Shown in pieces: positions 49,218 to 60,131 of a stretch of 64,000 nt of DNA. Position 1 is the first letter of the stretch, and every line of letters starts with the position of its first letter. Position numbers and translations under genes: made by a program. The stretch comes from Vezdaea acicularis (taxonomy: Eukaryota): positions 62,001-126,000 of the forward strand of contig JAPEUI010000027.1 of assembly GCA_026025075.1 (NCBI GenBank), in the 5' to 3' direction. The notes below the pieces were generated by a model. It saw nothing but the letters and a program-made list of their open reading frames with translations, was not told the origin of the DNA and did not search any database.

Positions 49218-50814
49218 TTAAACACCGCTTAACCTTTTACTCCGCCTAAGCCCTGTCGCAGCTTCAATCGTGGCCTTCCTTGATTTCACAGGGAGTGTGG
49301 TCGGCCCAGTAGACTTCGCGGATCTTACCCCAGTAGGGGATTTTCCTTTGTCTGAAGTCTTCTGTTTCTTGGCAGGGGTTTTCTCAGTCTCCGCCAATTC
49401 AACATCTTCCCCCTCTTCTTCGCTCGCTTTCCCCTTTCGTCTTTTCTGTTTTGGCTTCTCCCGAGCAGGACCGTCACCTTCATTCTTGGCAGCAGATACC
49501 TTTGACCCTTTCCTGCCAGAAGCGGAAGGCTTTATGGCTTTCTGAGATTTTCCGTTTCTTTTGGTTGTCCCATTTACTTGTTCTGTTATTTCATGATCTT
49601 TTGTAGCATCTTTAATTAAGTCGCCCGCTACTGGCCCTGACTTCTTTTGCACACTCGGGACTATGGCGCTTGTCCGTCCACCGACTTCTAGAAACGTAAT
49701 ACGCGCTCCATTTGGTAGTTTGTTGTCTTTCTGCCCCTTTCCCCATCGGTGTAGCATGAGCCAGTCATCCGGGAACTTGCTGGATTCTGCATTAGCAGCT
49801 ACTGCTGTTTCACAAATATACATTAGAGAGTCGTAAATTCGGGATAGTTGATCATCGCTAAGTGTATTGCTGTATTGCTCTGGGTGGGTTCTTGAGTGAT
49901 ACATGATTTCGTCCCTAGTTATTGAGTGTCAGTGGTGATGTGGCATGGGTGAGTCCTGATATAGGGTTGTGAAGTGTATAAAGGGTTGTGGAAGATATAA
50001 AAAGTGCACGGGAGAACTGCAGATCTAGCCATCTGAGCTCTGGAACGTAGAAACTTACCCTACCCAGTTGCCTATGCCACTAATGGAAGCTTGATCGAGT
50101 AGCCACGCTTTGATAGGTACACTTCGTGCTCTGACTTTCTCTTTAAACCATTCTTTCGTGAGTATAGCTTTATCTGCGATTGGATCAGGGCCATTAAGGC
50201 TAAGTGGAGGGATTTTTCGAATTGAGCTGGCGTCGCAGTCCAGTAATCGGATGCGGCCAAACCTTCGGGAGTCAACGAAGGCAGCTTTACATGGGATTTT
50301 TTCTTGGGTTTCTAAAATGAATTTCCAAAATCGTGGAGGCCATTCCTCTTTTTTCTCCCAGGCAGGTCTGTAATAGGTACTATCATCATTTGAAAACTTC
50401 ATCCATCCCGTCATGCCTGGAAAAAGCCATTAGCCACTCAGCGGGAACGCTCATGCGTAGGCCATGAAGACTAACCAAAATGCATTAAGGGATGTGGCGG
50501 AGAGGACATAACGAGCCTGTAGACATGGTCAGTATCAACGGATGAGAAAGCTGAGGCAGTTGATACCAGAAATATTTTCCCTGCGCATGCGCTTCAAGAA
50601 CTTTCTTCCCGGTGATCGCTTGTTTGAATTCTGAAGCACTTGTGCCAACTTTCCCGTAGACATTTGCGTCCTCTTGCACCTCGACAGAGGCAATGATTCT
50701 ACCAACTAAATATTTTCTTAAGAAGTGGACAATTCGATAAACCTAGTGTGCTACTAGCTTAGATATTGTGTATAAGATCGCGTATGATGACTTTACCTCC
50801 GCAATTTCTGGCAT
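49218..50814 (-). CDS. Formamidopyrimidine-DNA glycosylase (Fpg/MutM family) with basic C-terminal tail
   Basis: N-terminal catalytic MPEIAE; QGKYFW; HFGMTG (spliced); DSRRFGRIRL; H2TH motif LLDQASISGIGNWVG|DEI; GGRTSAIVP. Confidence 0.92.
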
Positions 50815-50938
50815 GGTTGCGTCTTAAGCACTCTAGCCCCTGCACGCAAGGAAATTAGACTTGGATGCTCTAAAGTTGAGCTCAAAGGATATCAGAAAGC
50901 TAGGCCGTCACGTAACTCAACACTAGTGCGCGATCTAC

Positions 50939-50960
50939 GACGCGAAAAGTCGCCACGAAA
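50939..50960. promoter_or_regulatory. SCB/MCB-like elements in the Fpg/MIX23 divergent promoter
   Basis: ACGCGAAAA at 50940-50948 and CACGAAA at 50954-50960, about 130-145 bp upstream of the glycosylase ATG. Confidence 0.4.
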
Positions 50961-51165
50961 TCACCTGATGTACCTTACGTGACCCACTTGCTTATATATA
51001 TCTAGATCAATACTACGAATGAATAGCTCTACTCTTTTGGTCTTTTTTGAGAGCCTCTATTAATAGACTACACAACAGGAGATTATATTTGTGTCTGTAG
51101 ACCGCTTCATAGCCAAACTGGCGTTCTGGAGAAAGCCAGCACCTCTTCCTGTTCAACGGGAAGAC

Positions 51166-51846
51166 ATGTCACAGCCCTCGACGCAACCTAGTCTGAATCC
51201 TCAATTCTGTTTTTCTTCGGGTGCACTGCAAGGCAAGTTTGGTCCTCTCTTCAAAGAATCTGGGCTCGTCTCTACCATCTGTGTCCATATTGCTCCCATA
51301 AATGCTGCAGCTGATATGTCTATGACGGAAGAGTTTCTTAGAATATCGAGATCTACCATAGATGATTCAATTACTCAAAACCTCAATGCTCTTGTGACAC
51401 CTTCTAGACTCGGATTTGACCCAACATCGACATCTGTACGGCAGAGTCGTCGACCGCGTGAGCTCGGGCAGGAAGCTTGCGAGGCTTTTAAAAACAAGAT
51501 CCTTTTTCCGTCATGGAAAACTCGATCAGATGTGCTAGAATACTGTGCTTCCGTTGCGGCAAGCGATGACCCGGATGATCCAGAAGCTATCGCTCGACAG
51601 ATAGAAGCCGCTAAAGATAAGGAAAGAGTCATTGATGAGCGCACAGATCCTTATTCCGCTAGATTCTTTCCCAAGGAGCCCCGTACCGAAGTTCTTGCGA
51701 ACATAGTCCGGAATGAAACGAGTATCGAGAGCATCGTTAGATCACGAACTTGGGGTCTGGTAGTCGAACGGTGTGGAAGAGGCAAGAGCGACAGCTTGGA
51801 AGGGGCTATGGAGAATTGGCGTCTACGGTATACAAAGCCTCGGTGA
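51166..51846 (+). CDS. MIX23: Mix23 / caffeine-induced death protein 2 (mitochondrial IMS)
   Basis: LNPQFCF..FLRISRSTIDDSITQNLNAL; LFPSWKTRSDVLEYC; ERTDPYSARFFP; ESIVRSRTW. Confidence 0.85.
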   Translation: MSQPSTQPSLNPQFCFSSGALQGKFGPLFKESGLVSTICVHIAPINAAADMSMTEEFLRISRSTIDDSITQNLNALVTPSRLGFDPTSTSVRQSRRPRELGQEACEAFKNKILFPSWKTRSDVLEYCASVAASDDPDDPEAIARQIEAAKDKERVIDERTDPYSARFFPKEPRTEVLANIVRNETSIESIVRSRTWGLVVERCGRGKSDSLEGAMENWRLRYTKPR

Positions 51847-53002
51847 CCCGCAAGGATATGGAGACGTTGATGAGAGTTCATTGCAATAATGAAGAGACTC
51901 TTCAACCTTATAGAGACATGTCATAACCAAATGTAAATAGAGTCGGCCAATCGAGGTCCCTTAATGCCCATCGAGATCACATTGCCACTAGTGAATGGGC
52001 AGAGACTTGTGCAATGAGCCTACACTCGATTTTGGGCTATTCATTGGGCATGTCCATGTTAATGCAAAAATCCTGTCTACCGGCTAAGAAGCTTGCTGCA
52101 GAAGCACTGCAACATCCGTCCCTGTCTGCTCGGAACGCAGAGGTGGCATTCTAGTTGACTCAACCTTCAACCGCCTTGATAACATCGTGATTTGAAGCTG
52201 TGTCGCAATGCGCGAGGATCTTGACTTTAACGACTGCGATGTCGGCGGCAACTTTCAACATTAGGTACTCCTGATGACAGCTCACCTCGCAGAATGTCAT
52301 AGTCCCAAGTGATCCACAGCCATACTACCATGATAGTGAGGGTTAATTTGCTGTTTTGAGCGAATGCATCCAGAGGAGTGGCTATGCCATGATTTCTTGA
52401 ACTCCTCTAGTATGGATTTAGTTTGAGTGAAGCCCTCAATGTTATCTCAAGGTTTTCTAAAGATCAGCTAGTTCCCAGAGGGGCACATCTCGGGTTTCAC
52501 GAACGCGAAATGCGCTTCTAGCGAGACGGGTGTGGCGTCCAATTAGATATGGCTTCTGATAAACCCCTACTACCACACAATCGAACGACATTTCCTAACA
52601 ATTCTTAGTCAACGGTGGTTTCGTACAAGTCTGGCGCATGAATCCAGGCCGTGCGTAAGAATCACGCTTGCACGTGGGCAAACATGCAAAATTCTAATCA
52701 GGACCGAGCCGTTAGCTTAGACGGGTCTTTAATGTGGACCGTTATGCTCGCTGGATTGGATTGCGCGATTCTGCCCATTATTGCGTCCACTGGATGCATT
52801 CCGCTTGTAGCGTAGCTACAGCCACCACAGTCCCTCAATTTTTTCCTTGTCTTCCCTGCTAGTTGAGCTATGTGGACTCTGTGCGTTGTGCTTCCTGAGC
52901 TCTCTCACTTCACTAACCCTACTTGCTTTTTACGTTGACCTTCGTTTTCGTGGGAAGCTTGAGCGCAGCAGTCCTCAAGCCCATTCTCTTTTTGCCATTG
53001 CC

Positions 53003-53806
53003 ATGTCGTCAGAATTGATAAGCCATCAACTGGTCGATAAGTCTTTTGATTCTCTCAAGTTTAAGGCTGCGGCTGCATACCAAATACCTTCGCTCCATAA
53101 GCCTGATTGTAATCACCTGAAGACGGAAGAGGCAGATAATCTTCTGGTGGTCTCGCCGTATACTTCCCGAGCACACCTACTAAACCTCGACACTGTTAGC
53201 ACACCCAATCAGATACTAGCCAAAGCCTTGACTGTTCTTCAGCCGATCCGAGACGACTATGCTACCGCACCATACAAAGATTCCTTCAATTGGGATTATG
53301 TGATTCACACAGCTATCGAGTTAGCCAAAGCTGTGGATTACAGCTGGAGACAAGAGCCCCAATCTTTCTATATCGTGGTTTTCCGATCCCAAGTTCCTCC
53401 AACCACCGACCGATCGCACTTGGCCGCGCTAGATGAAAAGTCACATGAAGAGGCGATGGAGACTGGGGGTCTGCTAAAGTGAGTGTTCCTAAGACTTCTG
53501 ATTAGCAATTGTAAAACTGATTCAGAGGTGTAGATACTGGTTTGGAACTCCGAATGAGCATGGTAGGTTTTATGTCCATGCATAGTGAACCGTTGTGTGT
53601 ATTAATGACGTTCCTCGACAGGAGACAATCTTGCAACTTGTGTCTGGAGACACCGATCAGATGCTGTTGCTGGAAGCAGAGGAGAGGGTCATCGACGGGC
53701 TATGATTGCAACTAAGGGGCTCTACTCTTTTTGGGAAGTCGATCGTCTGCAGCTCATGATAGAGGATGATATGGTCAAATGGGATATCATAGACTGGTCG
53801 GATTAG
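53003..53806 (+). CDS. UPF0643-like conserved fungal protein, 3 exons
   Basis: DYATAPYKDSFNW; FYIVVFRS; HEEAMETGGLLK|YWFGTP (29-nt exon)|NLATCVW; stop TAG at 53804-53806. Confidence 0.72.
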
Positions 53807-54211
53807 AAGAATTGCCGTACTATTTAGCCCAAATCAGTTTTAGCGTAGACTTAGAGCGCACATAGACTGCTAGATCATCATTTTGATAGATGCATAAATG
53901 GCCGGTTACGATACTTGGCGTTAAACCAGTCCCGTCACAAATCACAATCGAATGCGTGAAGTTGCTTTGCGTGGGTTACCGTAAATTTTTAGCGATGATT
54001 GACGCATATCTTCCAAGGTGCGCGTTAGTTGAAGCAAAACCACTTCTGATACCCACAAGCCCAATGGCGCTTATCTGAGTATGCGGCGCCCCAATTAGAC
54101 TATCTGGTACTCAAATAATTGCAAGGGTTGCACGATTATGCTGCACCTCGAGCATAATCGTCACCCTAAGCTTCGAGAAGCTTTCATCCTTGGGCATAAA
54201 ATTCGCCCATC

Positions 54212-57006
54212 ATGCCCCAACCCTTGACCTCTAAAGAGAGCTCTCTCTTCCGGCAAGTTATTAAATTTTACGAGAGCAAGCAAAATAAAAAGGGTATAGC
54301 TGTCAACTCATCTTCTTCCACAACCATGTCGTGTGGCTGTAGCTGACCTACATGATACGCAGGGCTCAAAGCCGCAGAGCAGATCCTGCGGAAGAACCCC
54401 AATCATGGCGACACCCTGGCGATGAAGGCGCTCATAATAAATGCCCAGGGAAAGACCGAAGAGGCATTTATTCTATCGAAAGAAGCCCTTAAGAACGACA
54501 TGAAATCTCACGTGTGCTGGCATGTCTACGGTCTGCTTTACCGTCACATCAAAAATTTCGAGGAAGCTATCAAGGCTTATAAGTTTGCACTAAAGCTAGA
54601 GCCTGAATCACAACAGATTCAGCGAGATTTAGCCCTCCTTCAGATTCAAATGAGGGACTACCAAGGCTACATGGCAAGCAGGACAAGTATGCTAAAGGCT
54701 CGACCGCATTTGAGACAGAACTGGACCGCTCTGGCGATAGCGCATCATCTTGGTGGAAACCTTTCTGAAGCAGAGAGTGTCTTGTCAACGTATGAGGATA
54801 CTCTGAAGAGCCCTCCTCCGAAGACTGATGTAGAACATTCGGAAGCAGTCTTATACAAAAACACTATCATTGCAGAGCAGGGTAATTTTGAGAAGGCTTT
54901 AGATCACTTGGATGCTGCGGCAAAGCACAACCTGGACAGGGTTGCAGTCATGGAGATGAAAGCAGAATACCTTCTCAAGCTTGGTCGAAAGAAAGAGTCG
55001 GCAAAGCTATACCGGGCATTGATAGACCGTAACTCAGATCGTAGATCATATTATCAAAGCCTGGAGGAGGCGCTAGAGCTTGATCCAGATGACAAGAAAG
55101 CGCGCAAGGCTATATATGAAGAATATGCAAAGAAGAACCCAAGGAGCGATGCACCAAGGTGGATACCATTAGGATTCCTCGAAGGTACCATTTTACGTTC
55201 CGCATACCCCTGAATGCTGGACTGACGAAGGGGAACAGGAGATGAGTTCAAGGAAGCTGCTGATATCTATCTGCGACAAATGCTCACGAAAGGCGTTCCA
55301 TCAACGTTTGCGAACGTAAAAGCACTTTATCTCAATGAATCTAAGAAAGAAATCATCCGTGATCTTGTGACCAGCTACACCTTAGAGGATATTACTCCGG
55401 ATGATGTGAGTTCGACTAAGGGTCAAGATAAACCTAACGGCCATCCATCGAAGTTTGAACATTCTGTACAATACTTTCTTGCTCAGCACTATAATTACTT
55501 TCGTAGCCGAAATCTTGCGCAAGCTCTCGTACATATTGACAGGGCTTTGGCCCTTTCTCCCGAATCTGTTGACTATCACATGACCAAGGCACGAATTTGG
55601 AAGCACTACGGAGACTTAGCTCAGGCCGCTGAGCTAATGGAGCATGCTAGGACTGTGGATGAGCGAGATAGATATATCAACACCAAAGCAGCCAAGTATC
55701 AACTCCGCGCCGACGAGAACGAGAAGGCTCTTCAGACAATGAGCAAATTCACAAGAAATGAGACAGCGGGTGGTCCATTAGGAGACCTGCACGATATGCA
55801 ATGCCTGTGGTATATAAACGAAGATGGACAAAGCTATTTACGCCAGGAAAAGCTGGGTCTAGCTCTGAAGCGATTCACCGCTGTTTTCGACATTTACGAG
55901 CAATGGCAGGAAGACCAGTTCGACTTTCACAACTTCTCCCTCCGCAAGGGTCAAATTCGGGCATACATACAGATGATTCGGTGGGAAGACCGTCTACGCA
56001 ACGATCAGTTCTTTTCACGATCTGCCATTGGGGCTGCCAAGGCCTACATCTTGTTGCACGATAAGCCTGAACTAGCCAGCGAAAATCACAAGAACGACGT
56101 GAATGGCCAACCCAAGGATCTTGATGGACTCGACGGAGTCGAAAAGAAGAAGGCCTTGAAGAAAGCAAGGAAGGAGCAACAGAAACAGGAAAAGGCAGAG
56201 GCGGACAAGAAGGCAGAGAAGAAGGCCAGTAAGCCAGTTCCTGAGGGCGAAACCAAGAAGGAAGACGTGGACCCGAAAGGGCTCAAGCTCGTGCAGACGA
56301 GCGAGCCTTTGGTTGACGTGATGAAGTTTTTGGGTCCGTTGCTAGAGTTCAATTCCTCGAACATTGAGGCCCAGGCTATCGGGTTCGAGGTCTTCTTGCG
56401 CAGGAGTAAGTTGCACGCCCTTCTTGTCTGCTGATGGATTTGCTTCTGCATTCAACTAATACTTCTCTTGCAGAAAAGTACCTTTTGTGCTATCGCTGCA
56501 TTGTTGCCGCCAAGAAAATCGACCCCGAAGACCCAACCCTCCACAAGCAGATCATCCGTTTCCACCTAGCTAGTAAGTCCCATAAATTGATCGTAACAGA
56601 AAACTTTGGGCTTCGGCCAGCTAATATATCCTGTCCCATAGCAAACACCTCCCCTTCCCCTTCAACGCCTTTCCTCGACAAACTTGCTCCAATCATTCCC
56701 ACCGAAATTACATCCACAGAATACAACACAGCATTCCGTGATGCGCATCCTACCAGCGCACCCCACATCATTGCCGCTCTCGCAAGCGGCCTCATTCTTG
56801 ATCCATCCACCGCTAAAAGCCCAGACGTGGAGAAAGAAACTCTCCAAATTCTCGATCTACCAGAAGTCAGGCTGGAAGATGCACGTTCCACCATAAAGTG
56901 GCTGAAAGAAGAAAACTTGGGGTTCAAAGACGAATTCGAGAGGAGAGCGAGGCATAAATGGAAAGAAGCTGCCTGGGGCGGCGAAAAGAGGGACGAGGAT
57001 TCATAG
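54212..57006 (+). CDS. NAT1: NatA N-terminal acetyltransferase auxiliary subunit (TPR)
   Basis: MPQPLTSKESSLFRQVIKFYESKQ; HGDTLAMKAL; SHVCWHVYGL; DRYINTKAAKYQLR; EDQFDFHNFSLRKG; DVDPKG. Four introns. Confidence 0.95.
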
Positions 57007-57267
57007 GTAGATCTTTATATATGGGCGGGAATGTAGGAGTCTATATAAAGAAAAGCCGAGCTTGATTTTCCCGCTTTCACTACCGCCATAGGGTTTTTTG
57101 AATAGGTGTTGAGGCCTTCTATGCTCTCTGATATATACTGACAATTTCTCCTCTCCAGCTGTCCTTTCCACGCCTGAAATACCCCTCTGTCGAGTCTAAT
57201 AGTCCGTCTTGGTCCTCCCTTCCTTAACTGTTTCAGCTCCTGTTCCAAACGGCTTCTAGATCGCCCG

Positions 57268-58641
57268 TCAAAAGTCACCGTACCGACTTCTGCTCAATCG
57301 ACTACCGCCATCATACCGACTCCCACCGTACTGACTCCCACCGTACTGACTCCCACCGTACCGACTCCCACCGTACTGACTTCCACCATATTGACTCCCA
57401 CCATACCGACTCCCACCCCCATACCGGCTCCCACCACCAACCCGACTTCCCCCAACCCGACTCCTACTCCCACTAACCCGACTCCCCACCCCCTGCTCAT
57501 CATCCCCCGACCCATACGCACGATCACTCAAAAGCCGTCTCTCACCCACCCTCTCCCCAATCGAGCGTTTATGATGGCGGCGGCGGCGGCTGTGGGTCTG
57601 GTCACTACTCCTCGCCGCCTCCAACAATCGCCGCGTAGACACGCATCCATACCCATGGTATGGATAATCATACATGTAACCCCGAGGACGGCGGTGGTAG
57701 TAGCCGAACCCCTCGTCCTCCTCGTAGTTGTCGTCGTGGAAACATGTCTGTGGCATATACACCGGTGCGTATGCTGCTGTGCACGAGGGAATGTGGAAGG
57801 GTACGTGGTAATAGGCCGGTGGAGGCCGGTAACTCGTGTGGTGGTGGATGATGTAGGTATGCCGCGTGCGATGGCGCGGGCGCTGCTGGTAAGCTGCGAG
57901 TTCGTTCCCCCTGCTGTGATTGCTGCTGCTACTGCTACCGATACTACTGTGCAGCCCGTGACGGTATCGGTCATACCCAACTACCTCTCCGCCACGAGAC
58001 CTGCTTTCGAAAAATCCGCTACGACTCCCCACCGACCGCGAGCGCGAGCACGAGTGTTGCGAGGCACGCGAGCGCGTTTGTCTGATAAGCGCAAGACTGG
58101 GTTCGTGGGTCGAATGGATACTCGTATCCCCCCTTCCGTAGCGGGAGGAAGAGTGGGTACGTGAGGGCGCGCGAGAAGACGCGGTTCTGGATGAGGCGGC
58201 GTAGCTCGGTGGTCGTCGACTTGAGATGTGTGAGGGAGCGCGGAAATTGCTGTGCGTTGAGAACGCTTGGGAAGAGGGGTGTGCTGAAGAAGGGGCGCGG
58301 GATGAGGCAGCGCGGGAGGAGCGGGAGGAAGGCACTAGTGTCCTATCATCCTCGAAAGCGCGAGAGGCCGCGTAAGAAGGGGCGGTGCGAGAGGGAGCGT
58401 GGGAAGAAGGGGCTTGTGATCTGTATGATGGAGGGGGGAGGTTGGAAGTGTATGTGGGTGCGTGGGATTGCGCTTGGGAGGGGTGGTGGGATGCTGCGCG
58501 GGAGGCGGCATGGGAGGAGGTTGCTTGGGAGGGGTGGTGAGAGGGTGCTCGTGAGGGGGCGCGAGAGGGTGCTTGCGAGATTGAGTCGTGGGGACTGACG
58601 GTTCGGGCGTCGTGGGGGGTTGTGGTGGTATGGTGGGACAT
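57268..58641 (-). CDS. Orphan low-complexity S/R/H/G/Y-rich protein (457 aa from ATG 58641)
   Basis: Single open frame. MSHHTTTTPHDARTVSPHDSISQ; S[R/H/Q]APS repeats; His/Tyr-rich middle; C-terminal GGS[Q/R]Y repeats whose variation preserves the frame. Confidence 0.65.
   Translation of the reverse strand: MSHHTTTTPHDARTVSPHDSISQAPSRAPSRAPSHHPSQATSSHAASRAASHHPSQAQSHAPTYTSNLPPPSYRSQAPSSHAPSRTAPSYAASRAFEDDRTLVPSSRSSRAASSRAPSSAHPSSQAFSTHSNFRAPSHISSRRPPSYAASSRTASSRAPSRTHSSSRYGRGDTSIHSTHEPSLALIRQTRSRASQHSCSRSRSVGSRSGFFESRSRGGEVVGYDRYRHGLHSSIGSSSSSNHSRGNELAAYQQRPRHRTRHTYIIHHHTSYRPPPAYYHVPFHIPSCTAAYAPVYMPQTCFHDDNYEEDEGFGYYHRRPRGYMYDYPYHGYGCVSTRRLLEAARSSDQTHSRRRRHHKRSIGERVGERRLLSDRAYGSGDDEQGVGSRVSGSRSRVGGSRVGGGSRYGGGSRYGGSQYGGSQYGGSRYGGSQYGGSQYGGSRYDGGSRLSRSRYGDF
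57313..57435 (-). repeat. 15-bp coding minisatellite (7 contiguous units + 1) encoding GGS[Q/R]Y
   Basis: Plus-strand units such as gtactgactcccacc and ataccgactcccacc at 57313-57417; eighth unit at 57421-57435 after a 3-bp insertion. Confidence 0.92.
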
Positions 58642-60131
58642 CTTTTCGGCGAGTAGGGGGTGGTTTGGTTTGTTTGGTTGTGTACTAGAGCGTGGAAAGA
58701 ATAAGGGGGGGAGGAAGAAGGAGGAGGAGTGAACAGCTAGAGAAGAGAAGGAAAAAGCGGGTTGAGAAAGAAGAGCAAGACATTTATAGCGTAGCCGTAG
58801 AGCGAGAACGCGAGGAAGGGGAATGTGAAGATGGTATTCACCCTCCAACCCCCTCTTTCCCCCTGAAAAAAACCTTCCAAGCCCCAAGGAGATCGTAAAG
58901 ACCTACCTCATACCTCATCGAGTCCACTGCTGACAAGCGTCGCCAACCCATCGAAACCCATCCATCAAACAAAGACAAACAATGGACGACGATAATAAAA
59001 CAGGGCCACACGAAAGAAACGGGCATCGAAGCCGGCAGTGGAAAGCCAGAGTGAAAGAATCAAGACCATGATGAGAGTCCTGAATCTCGAAGGAAAGAAG
59101 GAGGGGGGGAAAGGGGAGGAAGTGTGTACCATAGCTGTAACTACGGCTTAGTATCGTGGCGAGAGATGAAGAGGTGGTGAGAGAGGTCGAGGATGAGGAG
59201 ACAGGGCGGGTGGGGTTGTTGGAGTGGGTTATCAGGAAGAAAAAGAGGGTGGGGGGTGTGGATGGTATAAGGCGATACAAGGGGATGTGGGTTAGCTTGA
59301 TGACAACGATTAAGAAGTAGGAATAGCAGAATGGAGAGTGTTTCACGCACAAAAGTCTCGCTTTCCTGATATAGTTCCCAGCGTTGTTTCTATCACCATT
59401 ATAGCAGCGGCGTAGATCACAAATCAGTACAAAAATGTGAAGGAAGGGGTCAAGTTCTTTTTTGGAGAGGCTAGAGAGCTAGAGCAGAGCTAGAGGGGGA
59501 AAAGAAAAAGCTAGAGTACAGATGGCGGACGATGAGCAGCCAGCACCGCGGCCACCGAGGTAGTCGGCATAGCTATTGATGGCCAAGTTGGGGAGAAACA
59601 AAGCTGGTCGTTGACTGACGAGTCGTTCCTCTGTTCCGCCATCAGCTTTTTTCTTGGGGGAGTTTCAATATTAGAGCCACCCTTTGTCGACGACATCGAT
59701 TCGCCACCATAGAGACTGAGGCCGAAGTTTAAGGGGAAGGGCGCTACCGCAGAAAGGCCCAGAACCACCGCCATCGCTATGCCCATTCCAGTTAATTACT
59801 GGGGTCCATCCATAGTTGATCCCTCCATCCATCCGTCCGTGCCGTGCCGTGCAGTGCAGATCCGAGTATAGCAGACCAGAGCCCACATGCTAAATCGTAG
59901 CAGGAAAGAGATACAAATGAAAAGAGAGAGAAAGGAAAAGGGGGGAGGGGGTAAGACGCCGGGGCTGATGCTATATAGACGTTGCAAGGGAAAAGTGGAA
60001 GGACGGCGAGATAAGTCGCTTGGGAATACTCCGACAAGTAGCCAAGGTGCTCGCTGGAGAACTGGAGGTGTTGGATACGCTAACAAAGGTGATTGCTGCC
60101 CCAAATTATTTGTGATGTGTTAGCTTGAGGG

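Noticed and set aside
57313..57435. CRISPR-like array
   Set aside because: Contiguous 15-bp units with no unique spacers, inside a eukaryotic ORF, and no cas genes.
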